64,000 nucleotides of DNA. Source: an uncultured delta proteobacterium. GTDB taxonomy: Bacteria; Desulfobacterota; RBG-13-43-22. Location of the stretch: NCBI GenBank assembly GCA_963843145.1, contig CAWJJC010000006.1, positions 32,001 to 96,000 on the forward strand, in the 5' to 3' direction. The translations under genes were made by a program, and so were the position numbers. The notes beneath the pieces are model-generated. The model made no database searches. It saw only the letters and a list, made by a program, of their open reading frames with translations, and was not told where the DNA came from. The stretch's first letter is position 1. Each line of letters starts with the position of its first letter. Below are positions 1-9,744 of the stretch, piece by piece.

Positions 1-278
1 CCTATTTGCAAAAAGGCTTGTTCTTTCTGGTTGAATAACTCAATGGCTTGAAGATCATCATCCAGGACGAAGCTGTAGATTTCATCCCGATGTCCTTCTT
101 TTATCCGTCCATAATCTCCATATTTTTCCTTGAGAATCCTATATTTTTGTATTTTATCGGAAATCAACTCCGGCTTTCCCAGTGTCTTATAAATATCGCC
201 AAAGACCAAAGGATTCCTTAGCCCTCCCGGCTCCATGATACACTGGCCATAATCAAACCCACACCATTTCACTTCCAT
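1..278 (-). CDS. HAD-superfamily hydrolase-like protein, 5' part (runs off left edge)
   Basis: Manual translation from ATG at 278: MEVKWCGFDYGQCIMEPGGLRNP..., open to the window edge. N-terminal beta strand plus FD resembles HAD motif I. RBS AAAAAGGAAG upstream. Not in the ORF track. Confidence 0.55.
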   Translation of the reverse strand, partial: MEVKWCGFDYGQCIMEPGGLRNPLVFGDIYKTLGKPELISDKIQKYRILKEKYGDYGRIKEGHRDEIYSFVLDDDLQAIELFNQKEQAFLQI

Positions 279-331
279 AGGAATTGGACTTCCTTTTTAA
301 ATTAATTCCAAAGGACCTTTCTCTAAACTAT

Positions 332-371
332 TCTGGGAGGCTCTACCGACCTTTTGGGAAAGCCTCCCAGA
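332..371. other. Intergenic 11-bp stem-loop inside the operon
   Basis: TCTGGGAGGCT (332-342) pairs with AGCCTCCCAGA (361-371), between the amidohydrolase stop and the HAD gene. Confidence 0.5.
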
Positions 372-379
372 CTTCTTTT

Positions 380-1408
380 CTATTTCATAGGCGGTAATTT
401 AAAGAGCCTTTCCAAATTTTTGCCCAGGATCAGATCAACCTCATCTTGTGTAAGTCCGGCTTGTTCTCCCACCTCTTTGACCGCCTTAATGGCCCCTTCA
501 GGATCGCCGACCCGATGGGCATAATCGGTTCCAATACACATGTGGTCCGGACCGACCCATTCCAGGCAGCACTTCATGGCCGGATGATAAAAGGAGGTGG
601 TATCCGGATAGACCCTGTTCTTATAGGTGATATCCGGCGATTCATCCAACACAACACCCCATTCCTTTCCATAGCCTTTATAGGAGTCCTGTAATCTTCG
701 AACAAAATAAGGGACCATGCCGCCCAGATGGCCGTGAACAATAGTCAACTTGGGATATTTCTTCATAACGCCTTGGAAGATGAGGCTTAGGACGGCCATG
801 CTGGTATCCAGGGTGTAACCCCAAAGCTGGTAAGGCAACCGCATTTTGTTCATCACGTCTTTGGTCATAGGAACGGCCGGATGCATCAGCATAGGGAGTT
901 CATATTTGTTGGCCATTTCATAAATGCCATGGTATTTTTCCAGGAAAATAGGTTCAAAATTAAAATTGGAAAACATTTGAATCCCGACACAACCCATCTG
1001 ATGGCACCTTTCCAATTCTTTACAGGCTTCATCCGGATCCTGATAGGGAAGAGAAGCCAGGAAATAGAATCGTCCCGGATAATCTTCAGTGGCCTTTTTA
1101 AGCGCGTCGTTGCACTTTTGCGCCCAATAAATACCGATATCTCTCTCCAGGGTTTCCGGCCCCGGGATGGTGACGCTGAGAAGCTGGGTATCTAGACCGC
1201 CCTTATCAAGATCTTTAATTCTTTCCTCCAGATCATAATGGCCGGCTCTGTCGATATGGGCGACACAAACACCCTCATACCACATCCGGTAATGGGTCCC
1301 GCCGTCGTGAACGCCGTTAGGGGAATTCTTGGTCCCCCGGCTGCAAAGATATTCCAAGTATTCTTTGGGATACCAATGATTGTGGGCATCAACTGTCCTT
1401 TGTGCCAT
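380..1408 (-). CDS. Amidohydrolase_2 family protein (ACMSD/decarboxylase-like)
   Basis: DAHNH metal motif, MHP, HGHLGG, GTDYAH; 342 aa; RBS GGAGG. Confidence 0.85.
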   Translation of the reverse strand: MAQRTVDAHNHWYPKEYLEYLCSRGTKNSPNGVHDGGTHYRMWYEGVCVAHIDRAGHYDLEERIKDLDKGGLDTQLLSVTIPGPETLERDIGIYWAQKCNDALKKATEDYPGRFYFLASLPYQDPDEACKELERCHQMGCVGIQMFSNFNFEPIFLEKYHGIYEMANKYELPMLMHPAVPMTKDVMNKMRLPYQLWGYTLDTSMAVLSLIFQGVMKKYPKLTIVHGHLGGMVPYFVRRLQDSYKGYGKEWGVVLDESPDITYKNRVYPDTTSFYHPAMKCCLEWVGPDHMCIGTDYAHRVGDPEGAIKAVKEVGEQAGLTQDEVDLILGKNLERLFKLPPMK

Positions 1409-1426
1409 CTTTATTATCCTCCTTTA

Positions 1427-2407
1427 TTATTCTTTAAGATTTTTTATATTTCTGCTTTGCAAGATAAATAAATTTCCCTTTTCGTAAGCCCATTCGATAT
1501 CCTGAGGGAGACCAAACAACCCTTCAATCTTAATTCCGATTTGACCCAATTCCTGCACTTGGTCATCCGAAAGAGTAGATCTATCCATTAGATCGGGATT
1601 CACAGTGATCTCTTTCCTTCCAACCCCTTTTTCTTCGTCAAAGCAAACCATAACCGTCTTTTTGGCGATCTTCTTTTGTTTTATCTGGAGGGTTGCTTTA
1701 TCCAATGAGAAAAAATCGTTCATCGATTTGCCGGAAACAACCGATTCGCCCAACCCCCAATTGGCTTCAATGACCATCTCTTTTTTGCTGCTGGTTATCG
1801 GGTTGGCGGTAAATAAAATACCGGCCATCTCGGGATTAATCATTTTCTGAACGATCGGGGCGATCAACCCCAGATGATGGTCAATTTTCTTATGATAACG
1901 GTTGAAAGTCGCCCTCGAAGTCCATAAGGAGGCCCAACACAGCTTTATATGCGTCAGGATTTCCTCCCTTTCTTTCAAGTAATGGAAGGTATCCATCATC
2001 CCGGGAAAGGAAGAGATCGGAAGGCCCTTGACCGCTACAGAAGATCGGACGGCCACGAAAACCTGATCCGGGCCGGTCAACTTATCTATGGAATCCGTCA
2101 ACTCTCTTAATAAATCGGCCGGAATAGGAGCGGAGATAATCAGGTCTCTGATTTCATTAGTTTTACCATCGATGATGGCATAATCCTCGTAATCAAAACC
2201 ACCAACGGCCTCATCAATTTTGGGCTGCAAATTATTTTTCTCAAGATGATGATAAAGAGAATTTGCCAGCACGCAGAAACCAGAGGGTACGTTAAATCCT
2301 GCTTGAGTCAATTCCCCTAAGTTGGCCGCTTTTCCACCAGCCTCTTGGATGTCTCCTTTGGTCATTTCTTCGAAAAATTTAATGTAGGTTCCGATTGGGA
2401 TCACCAC
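1427..2407 (-). CDS. Stand-alone PEP-synthase/PPDK N-terminal ATP-binding domain (phenylphosphate synthase beta-subunit-like)
   Basis: GGKAANLGEL, VAVRSS, SFPG, WGLGESVVSG, QDIEWA, ILQSR; ends directly after the ATP-grasp domain, with no His domain. Confidence 0.85.
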   Translation of the reverse strand: MVIPIGTYIKFFEEMTKGDIQEAGGKAANLGELTQAGFNVPSGFCVLANSLYHHLEKNNLQPKIDEAVGGFDYEDYAIIDGKTNEIRDLIISAPIPADLLRELTDSIDKLTGPDQVFVAVRSSVAVKGLPISSFPGMMDTFHYLKEREEILTHIKLCWASLWTSRATFNRYHKKIDHHLGLIAPIVQKMINPEMAGILFTANPITSSKKEMVIEANWGLGESVVSGKSMNDFFSLDKATLQIKQKKIAKKTVMVCFDEEKGVGRKEITVNPDLMDRSTLSDDQVQELGQIGIKIEGLFGLPQDIEWAYEKGNLFILQSRNIKNLKE

Positions 2408-2444
2408 CTTTCTTAAAAATTATCTTTATGTTAGGCTATAGGAT

Positions 2445-2460
2445 ATCAAGAATAATGCCA
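2445..2460 (-). promoter_or_regulatory. Putative sigma54 (-24/-12) promoter
   Basis: Minus strand TGGCATTATTCTTGAT vs consensus TGGCACNNNNNTTGC (GA instead of GC). Preceded by an AT-rich IHF-like repeat (TAACTAATTG twice); adjacent to an NtrC-type activator gene. Confidence 0.6.
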
Positions 2461-2681
2461 GGAAGTTCTCGTTTAATAACTAATTGTAATAATTTATAAT
2501 TTAGCGAAATAAAGGAAACATGCTGAAATTAAATAACAAATTTTAACTAATTGAAATATAATGATATTTTAAGCTAAAATCATGACACATTTCTGTTGCA
2601 TGCTACAAGAATGATTCGCCACATTATTGTTAAAGCGAGAAGGATAAATTCTAAAAGCAGGTTGCCCGGGGGGGGTACTTC

Positions 2682-4103
2682 TTACGAGTTTCTTAAGAAG
2701 GGAATTTGGGAGAGTTTGTACTTTCGCATCAGCCGTTGAAAACTGCTTCGGTGCATTTGGATTTCTCTGGCACTTTTCGAAATGTTCCAATCGGTCTTTC
2801 CCAATAATTTAGAGAGATAATCCTTTTCGAAGGTCTCGATCAGCTCTTTTTTGGCTTTACGAAAATCGGGGAGTCTTTGGGATTCTGTCGGTATTCCCTG
2901 ATAGGCTGGCATAACCAGACCTTGGCCCAGGCCGCGGATTTCGGCCGGAAGAGATTCCAGATTGATAACCTCGGTATTGCTCGTAATGATCATATGTTCC
3001 ATGACATTTTTTAATTCCCGAATATTACCCGGCCAGGGATAATCGATTAGGTATTTTAAGGCCTCATTGGACACCTGGGATATTTTGCGGCCGATTTTTT
3101 TATTAAACATTTGAATAAAATAGTCGATCAAGGGGAAGATATCTTCTTTCCTTTCCCGCAAAGGAGGCAGGTAAATCGGTACGACATTCAGGCGATAAAA
3201 GAGGTCTCTCCTGAATTGTTCTTTTTCGACTAAGGTTTTCAAGTCCCGGTTGGTGGCGGCGATGATCCTGACATCCGTTTCCAGATACTTTTCCCCGCCC
3301 ACCCTTCGAAAGCTCTTGCTTTCCAGAACCCTCAAGATTTTGGCCTGGAGCTTCAACTCCATGTCCCCGATTTCATCCAGGAAGAGGGTCCCTCTGTGAG
3401 CGACCTCAAATAACCCCCTCTTCAATCCGATGGCACCGGTAAAAGAGCCTTTTTCATGTCCAAAGAGTTCACTCTCCAACAAATTTTCGGGAAGGGAGGT
3501 GCAATCAACAGTAATGAAAGACATCTTAGCCCTTTGGCTTTTTTTATGAATCATGGCTGCCACCAATTCTTTCCCCGTTCCGGTCTCGCCATAAATCATT
3601 ACCGTACTGGAAGTTTCGGCAATGCGGTCTATCAAATTCAAGACCTCATAAAATTTTCGACTCCGGGTTATAAGTTCTCCATACTGGTAGCGATCGATCT
3701 GCCGTTCCAAGACCTCGATTCGATTTTCTAAGGAGATTAACTTCAGGGCCTTTTGAATAACGATTTTTATCTCATTATAATCAAAAGGTTTGGGAAGATA
3801 ATCAAAGGCTCCCAATTTAATGGCTTCTACTGCGCTGCTGATATCCCCATAGGCGGTGATAATAATCACATTGGTCTGGGCATCCATTTTTTTTATTTCT
3901 TTCAGCACCTCAAGACCATTGAGATCTGGAAGATTTAAATCCAGGAGAACCAAATCAATGTGTTTCTGGATTAAGTGATTCAAGCCCTCCTTTCCGTATT
4001 GGGCCGAATAGACTTCGAATCCATCTTGAGAGAGGGAATTGCCAAGATATTTTCTGATATTCTCCTCGTCATCGACAATTAAAATACTTCTGGCTATCTC
4101 CAA
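2682..4103 (-). CDS. Sigma54-dependent response regulator (NtrC/AtoC family)
   Basis: REC domain, GETGTGKE Walker A, ESELFGHEKGSFTGA, WPGNIREL, C-terminal Fis-type HTH. Confidence 0.95.
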   Translation of the reverse strand: MEIARSILIVDDEENIRKYLGNSLSQDGFEVYSAQYGKEGLNHLIQKHIDLVLLDLNLPDLNGLEVLKEIKKMDAQTNVIIITAYGDISSAVEAIKLGAFDYLPKPFDYNEIKIVIQKALKLISLENRIEVLERQIDRYQYGELITRSRKFYEVLNLIDRIAETSSTVMIYGETGTGKELVAAMIHKKSQRAKMSFITVDCTSLPENLLESELFGHEKGSFTGAIGLKRGLFEVAHRGTLFLDEIGDMELKLQAKILRVLESKSFRRVGGEKYLETDVRIIAATNRDLKTLVEKEQFRRDLFYRLNVVPIYLPPLRERKEDIFPLIDYFIQMFNKKIGRKISQVSNEALKYLIDYPWPGNIRELKNVMEHMIITSNTEVINLESLPAEIRGLGQGLVMPAYQGIPTESQRLPDFRKAKKELIETFEKDYLSKLLGKTDWNISKSAREIQMHRSSFQRLMRKYKLSQIPFLRNS

Positions 4104-5221
4104 GGCCCAGATCCTTCCTGGTCAATAAGAGGTAAATAAATCGTAAATATGGTTCCTGCTCCCCTTTGGCTCTCTACATTAATGATTCCTTTGTGGGCGG
4201 AGACGATCTCCTTACAAATGGACAATCCTAATCCCGTCCCCCCTGGTTTTAAGCTGTAAAAGGGTTTAAAAATATCCGGCAAATGTTTATGGTTTATCCC
4301 GATCCCGGTATCGGCCAGAGAGATGCACAAAAAAGATGTTTCGCTCGAAAGAGTTTCTTCCGGTGAGTTTATCCGGGTAGAAATGGTGATCTTTCCCTTG
4401 TCCGGAATGGCTTGCGAGGCATTCAAAAACAGGTTTAGCAATAATTGATAAATCCGATCCCGGTCGATAAAAATATCTAGGTCTTGAGTACATAATTTTT
4501 TTTTCACCGTGATGTTCTTCGACTCTAACTGACTTCTTAAATGAAAGAGGACTTCTTCAACGATTTCTCCTATGATCCGCTGATTTCTTTTTCTAATCCG
4601 ATATTCGGTTTTCTTGGCTCTTAAGAAAGAGCTAACCGTTTTTTGAATACGGTTTAGATCTTTCATGACACTGTCCAAAATCTGAATATTTTCTTTTTTC
4701 TCAAGACTTCCATATAGCGTGGAAAGGCCTAATTTGATCCCGGTCAAAGGATTGTTGATTTCATGGGCTAACGTATAGGACACATCGGCAATGGAAGATA
4801 ATTTGGCGGATTCAACGACCTCCTTTTCCAATTTCTTTTGATTGGTCAGGTCATTAACGATGGACATGACGTAGGTGATGTGATTGGAGTGGTCGAAAAT
4901 AGGAATAGAGCTAGCTGAAAGATAGTGCAGGTTGCCATTGGGTGAATAATAAGTAAATTCATGGGTCTGGCTCTTTACACCGGTTTGCAAGGTACTATTT
5001 AATCGCTTGACAATGGCATCTTTATGCCTCTGGTCGAAATCCGGTAGAAATTCAAGGGGTGTTTTCCCTAAGGCATTTTCCTTTTTGATTTCGAAAATTT
5101 CTTCAAAGGGATCATTAATGAAAATGACCTTGAGTTGCCGATTATGCAGAATGACCGCCGCACTAATCCCTTGAACAATGTTATTTAAAACTTTTTCATC
5201 TATGATTTTAAATGTTTTCAT
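4094..5221 (-). CDS. Cytoplasmic PAS-domain sensor histidine kinase
   Basis: N-terminal PAS; AHEINNPL H-box; NLFLNA, DTGIG, GTGLGL boxes; overlaps the regulator. Confidence 0.93.
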   Translation of the reverse strand: MKTFKIIDEKVLNNIVQGISAAVILHNRQLKVIFINDPFEEIFEIKKENALGKTPLEFLPDFDQRHKDAIVKRLNSTLQTGVKSQTHEFTYYSPNGNLHYLSASSIPIFDHSNHITYVMSIVNDLTNQKKLEKEVVESAKLSSIADVSYTLAHEINNPLTGIKLGLSTLYGSLEKKENIQILDSVMKDLNRIQKTVSSFLRAKKTEYRIRKRNQRIIGEIVEEVLFHLRSQLESKNITVKKKLCTQDLDIFIDRDRIYQLLLNLFLNASQAIPDKGKITISTRINSPEETLSSETSFLCISLADTGIGINHKHLPDIFKPFYSLKPGGTGLGLSICKEIVSAHKGIINVESQRGAGTIFTIYLPLIDQEGSGPWR

Positions 5222-5278
5222 TACGCTTGGACCGTTTCGCCCCTGATTCAGCCTCCATAATTTTTCCTCCTGTCCGGG

Positions 5279-6064
5279 CTAAGCCAAAAACCCCCCGTCT
5301 ACGTTCAAGACCGTTCCCGTAATGTAGCTGGAGGCAGGAGATCCTAAAAAGAAAATAGTGCCGATAAGTTCCTCTGTCCTGGCAAAACGCCCCAAAGGGA
5401 TCTGTTTAATGATTCCTTTATAGATTTTTTCCGAATCCCTCAGCCCTTTGGTTAACTCGGTCTCCATATAATGGGGGGCCACGGCATTAACCCGGATGTT
5501 ATATTTGGCCCACTCAACGGCCAAGCTTTTGGTAAGTAAAATCACCCCTGCTTTGGAAGCACAATAAGCAGAGGCCCTGGGAATTCCAATAAAACCGGCC
5601 GTAGAGGCAATATTGATGATGGTTCCTCCACCCCTTTGAATCATGTGTTTCCCAACGTGTTTGCAGCACAAATACGTTCCCCTCAAATTTACCTGAATGA
5701 CCTTGTCCCAATCCTCAGTCGATGCGTCTACAGTGGGTTCGAACTTCAATTGGGAAATACCGGCATTGTTAATTAATATATCCACCTGTCGAAACTGGTC
5801 GACTGCCTTCGTAACAAGATTCCTGACCGATGTTTCCTTCGATATATCCGCTTTGACGGCCTGGGCATGAGAACCGATCCGGTGTATCTCTTCGGCCGTT
5901 TCCTCAGGAGAAACCAGATCGGCCAGCACCAACGAAGCGCCCTGGCGGGCTAGGGCCAGAGCAATTTCCCTCCCCAGTCCTTTGGCGCTCCCGGTAATCA
6001 ACGCCGTTTTTCCTTCAAATCCGAAAAGTTCCGAAAGTTCCTGATTGGTGTTTCGCCTTTTCAT
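5279..6064 (-). CDS. Short-chain dehydrogenase/reductase (SDR)
   Basis: TGSAKGLG, NNAG, YCASK motifs; start at ATG 6064 preferred (RBS GAGGG). Confidence 0.92.
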   Translation of the reverse strand: MKRRNTNQELSELFGFEGKTALITGSAKGLGREIALALARQGASLVLADLVSPEETAEEIHRIGSHAQAVKADISKETSVRNLVTKAVDQFRQVDILINNAGISQLKFEPTVDASTEDWDKVIQVNLRGTYLCCKHVGKHMIQRGGGTIINIASTAGFIGIPRASAYCASKAGVILLTKSLAVEWAKYNIRVNAVAPHYMETELTKGLRDSEKIYKGIIKQIPLGRFARTEELIGTIFFLGSPASSYITGTVLNVDGGFLA

Positions 6065-6099
6065 AACCCTCTGTCTCGGGTGATCATTTCCCCCAGGCC

Positions 6100-7832
6100 T
6101 TAGGCCTTTTTGACGGCGCACAAAAGGGATTTGATTTCAGGATACCCCATGATAGGCTCCCGGCATTTCGTATCGGTGAGACGGTTGGCATTGGCCTCAC
6201 CAGGCCATCCATATTGAGCCATTTCCTCGCTGTAAAGCTCGATTTTGCGAGTAGGCGTGGAGAAGGTCTTGTCCACGATTTCATACTTTTTTTTCCGAAA
6301 AAGGCCCTCTCCGGTTTCTCGTGTAAAAGGGTGTCGAAGGTCAGGCCGGTGGGGCGCAATTCAAAAGCCACGAATTCTTCCTCCGATTTCCAGGGAAAGA
6401 ATTCTTCCAGGCCAAGCCTTTTGGCCAGTTCCGTATAGAAGCGCCATTCCGACCAACTCTCACCCAGGGGCTCTATGGCCTTCTTTCGTAACATGAGATA
6501 AGGCAAACCGTGGCAGACATTATAGGAATAGCCCAGTCCCCATTTCTCCAGGTGCGAGCAGGCCGGCAGCACGTAATGGGCCAGTTCGGCGGTCTCGGTC
6601 ATGAAAAGGTCATGGACAAAGAGCATCTCCAGCTTCTGAAATGATTCCCGAAAGGCATTGGAGTCGGCCATGGATATGACCGGGTTGCCGCCGACCGCCA
6701 GAAAGGCCTTTAGTCTCTCAGGAATGCTCTCGGGCACGCAGGTGACCACGCCATAGGGGCTTTTCCTTCCGAGAAGGATGGTAAACAAGGGGTATTGTTC
6801 CCCGCCCAACGGTTCCCCTTCAACACCCAGTCCGGCATTTCCGAGCCGCAACCCCGGTCCTATGAACCAGCCGCCGGGATTGTTGATATTACCGGTGATG
6901 GCTTGCAGCACTGAAAAGGCCCGGCTGTTCTGTGTTCCATTGGCTGTTTGATCCTGGGTGCAGGTACCCTGATAGATGCTCGCCCCTTTGGTCGTGGCAA
7001 ACAAACGGGCCAACTTTCGGATGTTATCGGCCGAAACCCAGGTGATCTTTTCACCCCATTCCGGGGTATAGGGCCGGATGTGCGGAACCAGCCGGTCAAA
7101 TCCCACGGTATATTTTTCCACGAAGTCGTGATCGGTGAGATTTTCTTCAATGATCACCTGGATCAAGGCTAAAGCCAGGGCGCCGTCCGTCCCGGGTCTG
7201 ATTTGCCGGTACATCTCGGCCCGGTCGGCTAAGGCGATCCTTTTCGGGTCAATGACCGCCAGTGTAGCCCCTTTTCTAAAACCCTCGTTCATCGCCATCC
7301 TTAAGGGAAAATCCGAGGCGTCCGGATTATGGCCCCAAAGGATATAAAGATTGGAATGCAGTTCTTCGGTGGGATACCTTCCGAAGGTCAGTTGCCTGGT
7401 TCGGATCCTCATCCGGTAACAGATACTTTCAACGGAAAAGAAGTTGGGGGACCCGTAAGCCGCTTTGAACAACTGGGTTAGACCGGCCATCTCCAGGTTT
7501 TCTACCCCGATGGACCCACTGAAGACGCCGAGGGTAGAAGGACCGTGCTTTTCCTTTAAGGAAAGGAGTTTTTCAGAAATCTCGGAGAGGGCCTGATCCC
7601 AGGGGATTTTTTCCCACCCCCGGGTTGTCCGCTTCATGGGATGTTTCAACCTCGCCGAGTCGTATATGTTCTGTAAAGCTACCCGACCCTTGGGGCAGAG
7701 GAGCCCTTTATTGAGCGGATGGGATTTCAGTCCCGCCACCTTGACGGCCATCCCATTCTCCACGGTTACTTTTGTCGCGCAGCTATGATAGCAAAGCGTA
7801 CAGTCCGTCAAAATTGGTTTTGATTCTTCCAT
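6100..7832 (-). pseudogene. Molybdopterin (DMSO reductase family) oxidoreductase, frameshifted and apparently internally deleted
   Basis: CxxCxxxC...C 4Fe-4S motif, ESIC ligand region, WGHNP, DLFMTETA. An A8 run at 6287-6294 shifts the frame; the alternative frame reads FSTPTRKIELYS...YG/WPGEANANRLT...GYPEIKSLLCAVKKA*, so most of the C-terminal dinucleotide-binding domain is absent. Confidence 0.75.
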
Positions 7833-7867
7833 TTCATCCTCAAAGCCGATTCCCTAATTTGATTTAG

Positions 7868-7987
7868 GAAAACCCCGTGCTCTGGCGGGGGACTCGCAGA
7901 GTTTGACAATTCCGGGAAAAGAAGAAAGCCTCCAAACTGTGAACCGCTCAAAGTTTACCCCATCGTTTTTTGTGCGGGGATCGGGTA
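7868..7987. mobile_element. Short non-autonomous IS200/IS605-like remnant
   Basis: Terminal hairpin AAAACCCCGTGCTCTGGCGGGGGACT and internal GCCTCC..GTGAACCGCTCAAAGTT, resembling IS200 end sequences by recall; no transposase. Confidence 0.4.
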
Positions 7988-8345
7988 AATAATTTTTTCT
8001 TATTTTTGAAATTCTGCTAAATCGTCCCCTCGCTACGTTAGCCTTCTGGGTAATTTCCGAAAGGCTGTTCTTAGATGGTGGAGTTTTGAAAACCGCTCTG
8101 ATATTGTGAATAAATTTGTTTGATTTCGAAAAGGGAAATTAACGCGTACCTTTCCGACCGGATTGGATCTCCAATGTAATTCCATAAAGAGAGAACAGGA
8201 GATGACAACAAATTGCTTCCCCTGCTGCAATCTCCATAGGTTTGGTTCTTTTGACTTTTTTGTTGAGCCTCTCGGTTATGTTGATAATTTTCAAGGTTAT
8301 CTGCTCTTCATCAGGGAGTCAATCCCTTTTTTAGTACTTCCGCCC

Positions 8346-8376
8346 TTGACTTAAGTAGCCGATTACGATGTATAAT
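8346..8376 (+). promoter_or_regulatory. Sigma70-like promoter with 19-bp spacer
   Basis: TTGACT (8346-8351), 19 nt, TATAAT (8371-8376), upstream of the DUF89 gene. Confidence 0.5.
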
Positions 8377-8473
8377 GCCTAACCCCCCTGGCGGAATCAT
8401 TGGAATAGACTTTCGCCGGGGTGACGACTTGTGGCCTTTTTAAGAGCGTTGTCAAACATGAAAAGGTGAAAAT

Positions 8474-9357
8474 TTGTTAATCAAACCGGATTGCATCCCC
8501 TGTATATTAAAGATGTTCACCTCCGCTGTCCGGAAGTTAACCGATGACGAGGAGATTCTTAGAGGACTGACGATTAAGATTCTTCAGATCCCGGCCTTGC
8601 GGGGCCTTGACTGGGATCTCACCAGCGCGGAAATGATTGAAGCAGTGATGGATTTAATCATGAAGACCTTCGATACCCCTGATCCGTTCAGGGCCGTAAA
8701 GGAAGAACAAAATCAAAGGGGGATGGAACTCTATCCCCTTTGAAGCAACTCATTCAGGAATCATCCGATCCCTTTTTTACAGCCGTTCAATTGGCCATCC
8801 AGGGAAACGCCATCGACCTGATGGTCTCCGATCGTTCGATAGAAGTTGAAAAGGTCCTCAGCCAGGAGCTGCAACAGCCGATAGAAGAAAAATCCTTCCT
8901 GGCCTTCCGGGATAAATTAAAGAAAGCCCGCTTATTGGTCTACCTAGGAGAGAATTCCGGTGAAATCGTCTTCGATAAGTTGTTGCTGAAAACGATTCGA
9001 GAAGCCTACCAGCCGAAGGTGGTCTTTGTGGTCCGAAGCGTGCCCGCGCTGAATGACGCCACTCGGAGCGAGGCCGAAATGGTGGGCCTGGATCGGGTGG
9101 CAACCATTAGGCCCAATGGGCTTCAGGCCCCGGTCCCGGGCACCGTTCTAGCTCGATGTTCCGAGGAGTTGAGGGAAATGATCCGGGAGGCCGATCTGAT
9201 CATTTCCAAGGGCGGTGGAAATTTCGACACCTTGGAAGGGGAAAAGGATTTGGGCGCGGATATCTCCTTCCTGCTGCTGTCCAAATGCATCCCCTATGGC
9301 CACTATTTTCAAACCGGAATGTTCCAACCGATCCTAGCCAATTTTTTCACCTCCTGA
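8474..9357 (+). pseudogene. ARMT1-like/DUF89 damage-control phosphatase, split by a 1-nt frameshift at ~8738
   Basis: N-terminal CIPC and DPFRAVKEEQN in ORF1; GNAID, ENSGEIVFD, LNDAT, SKGGGNFDTL, KC in ORF2. Frames are offset at TATCCCCTTTGAAG. Confidence 0.8.
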
Positions 9358-9414
9358 TTCGAAAACTTCCGAAGGACGGCCCCACAGGTTTTTCCGCTTG
9401 AACCCTTCTTGAAA

Positions 9415-9625
9415 TGACACCTCCGCCGGGGACTCCTCTTGCCGGAACAGCGGACCAGTTTGCCCTCCCCTCGGGCTTTTATATGAAAGCCGTATCGCAG
9501 TTAGAACGAAACCGATTCACTCCACGGCTCGATCGTCTCCAAAACCAATAACTTCATCCCTGGCTTCCGGACCAATTGGATCAGATGGTCAAGAATCCCA
9601 GCTCGCCGAGACCCCAAAACCGGAC
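9415..9625 (-). pseudogene. GNAT acetyltransferase C-terminal remnant
   Basis: Manual translation ...GILDHLIQLVRKPGMKLLVLETIEPWSESVSF*LRYGFH resembles the GNAT C-terminal motif (LET...FY.R.GF) with an internal stop. Confidence 0.4.
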
Positions 9626-9744
9626 TCCACCTACAAGTCCTCAACATTAGTATGTGCTTGAATTAACAATTACCATTAGATATCTTTTTAAAGATTTAGC
9701 TATTCTGAACCTACCTTAAAATGTTAATTTAACCCGAGAGTCAT

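Noticed and set aside
8738-8743. TGA in DUF89 as selenocysteine
   Set aside because: The downstream half is in a different frame, so this is a frameshift, not read-through.
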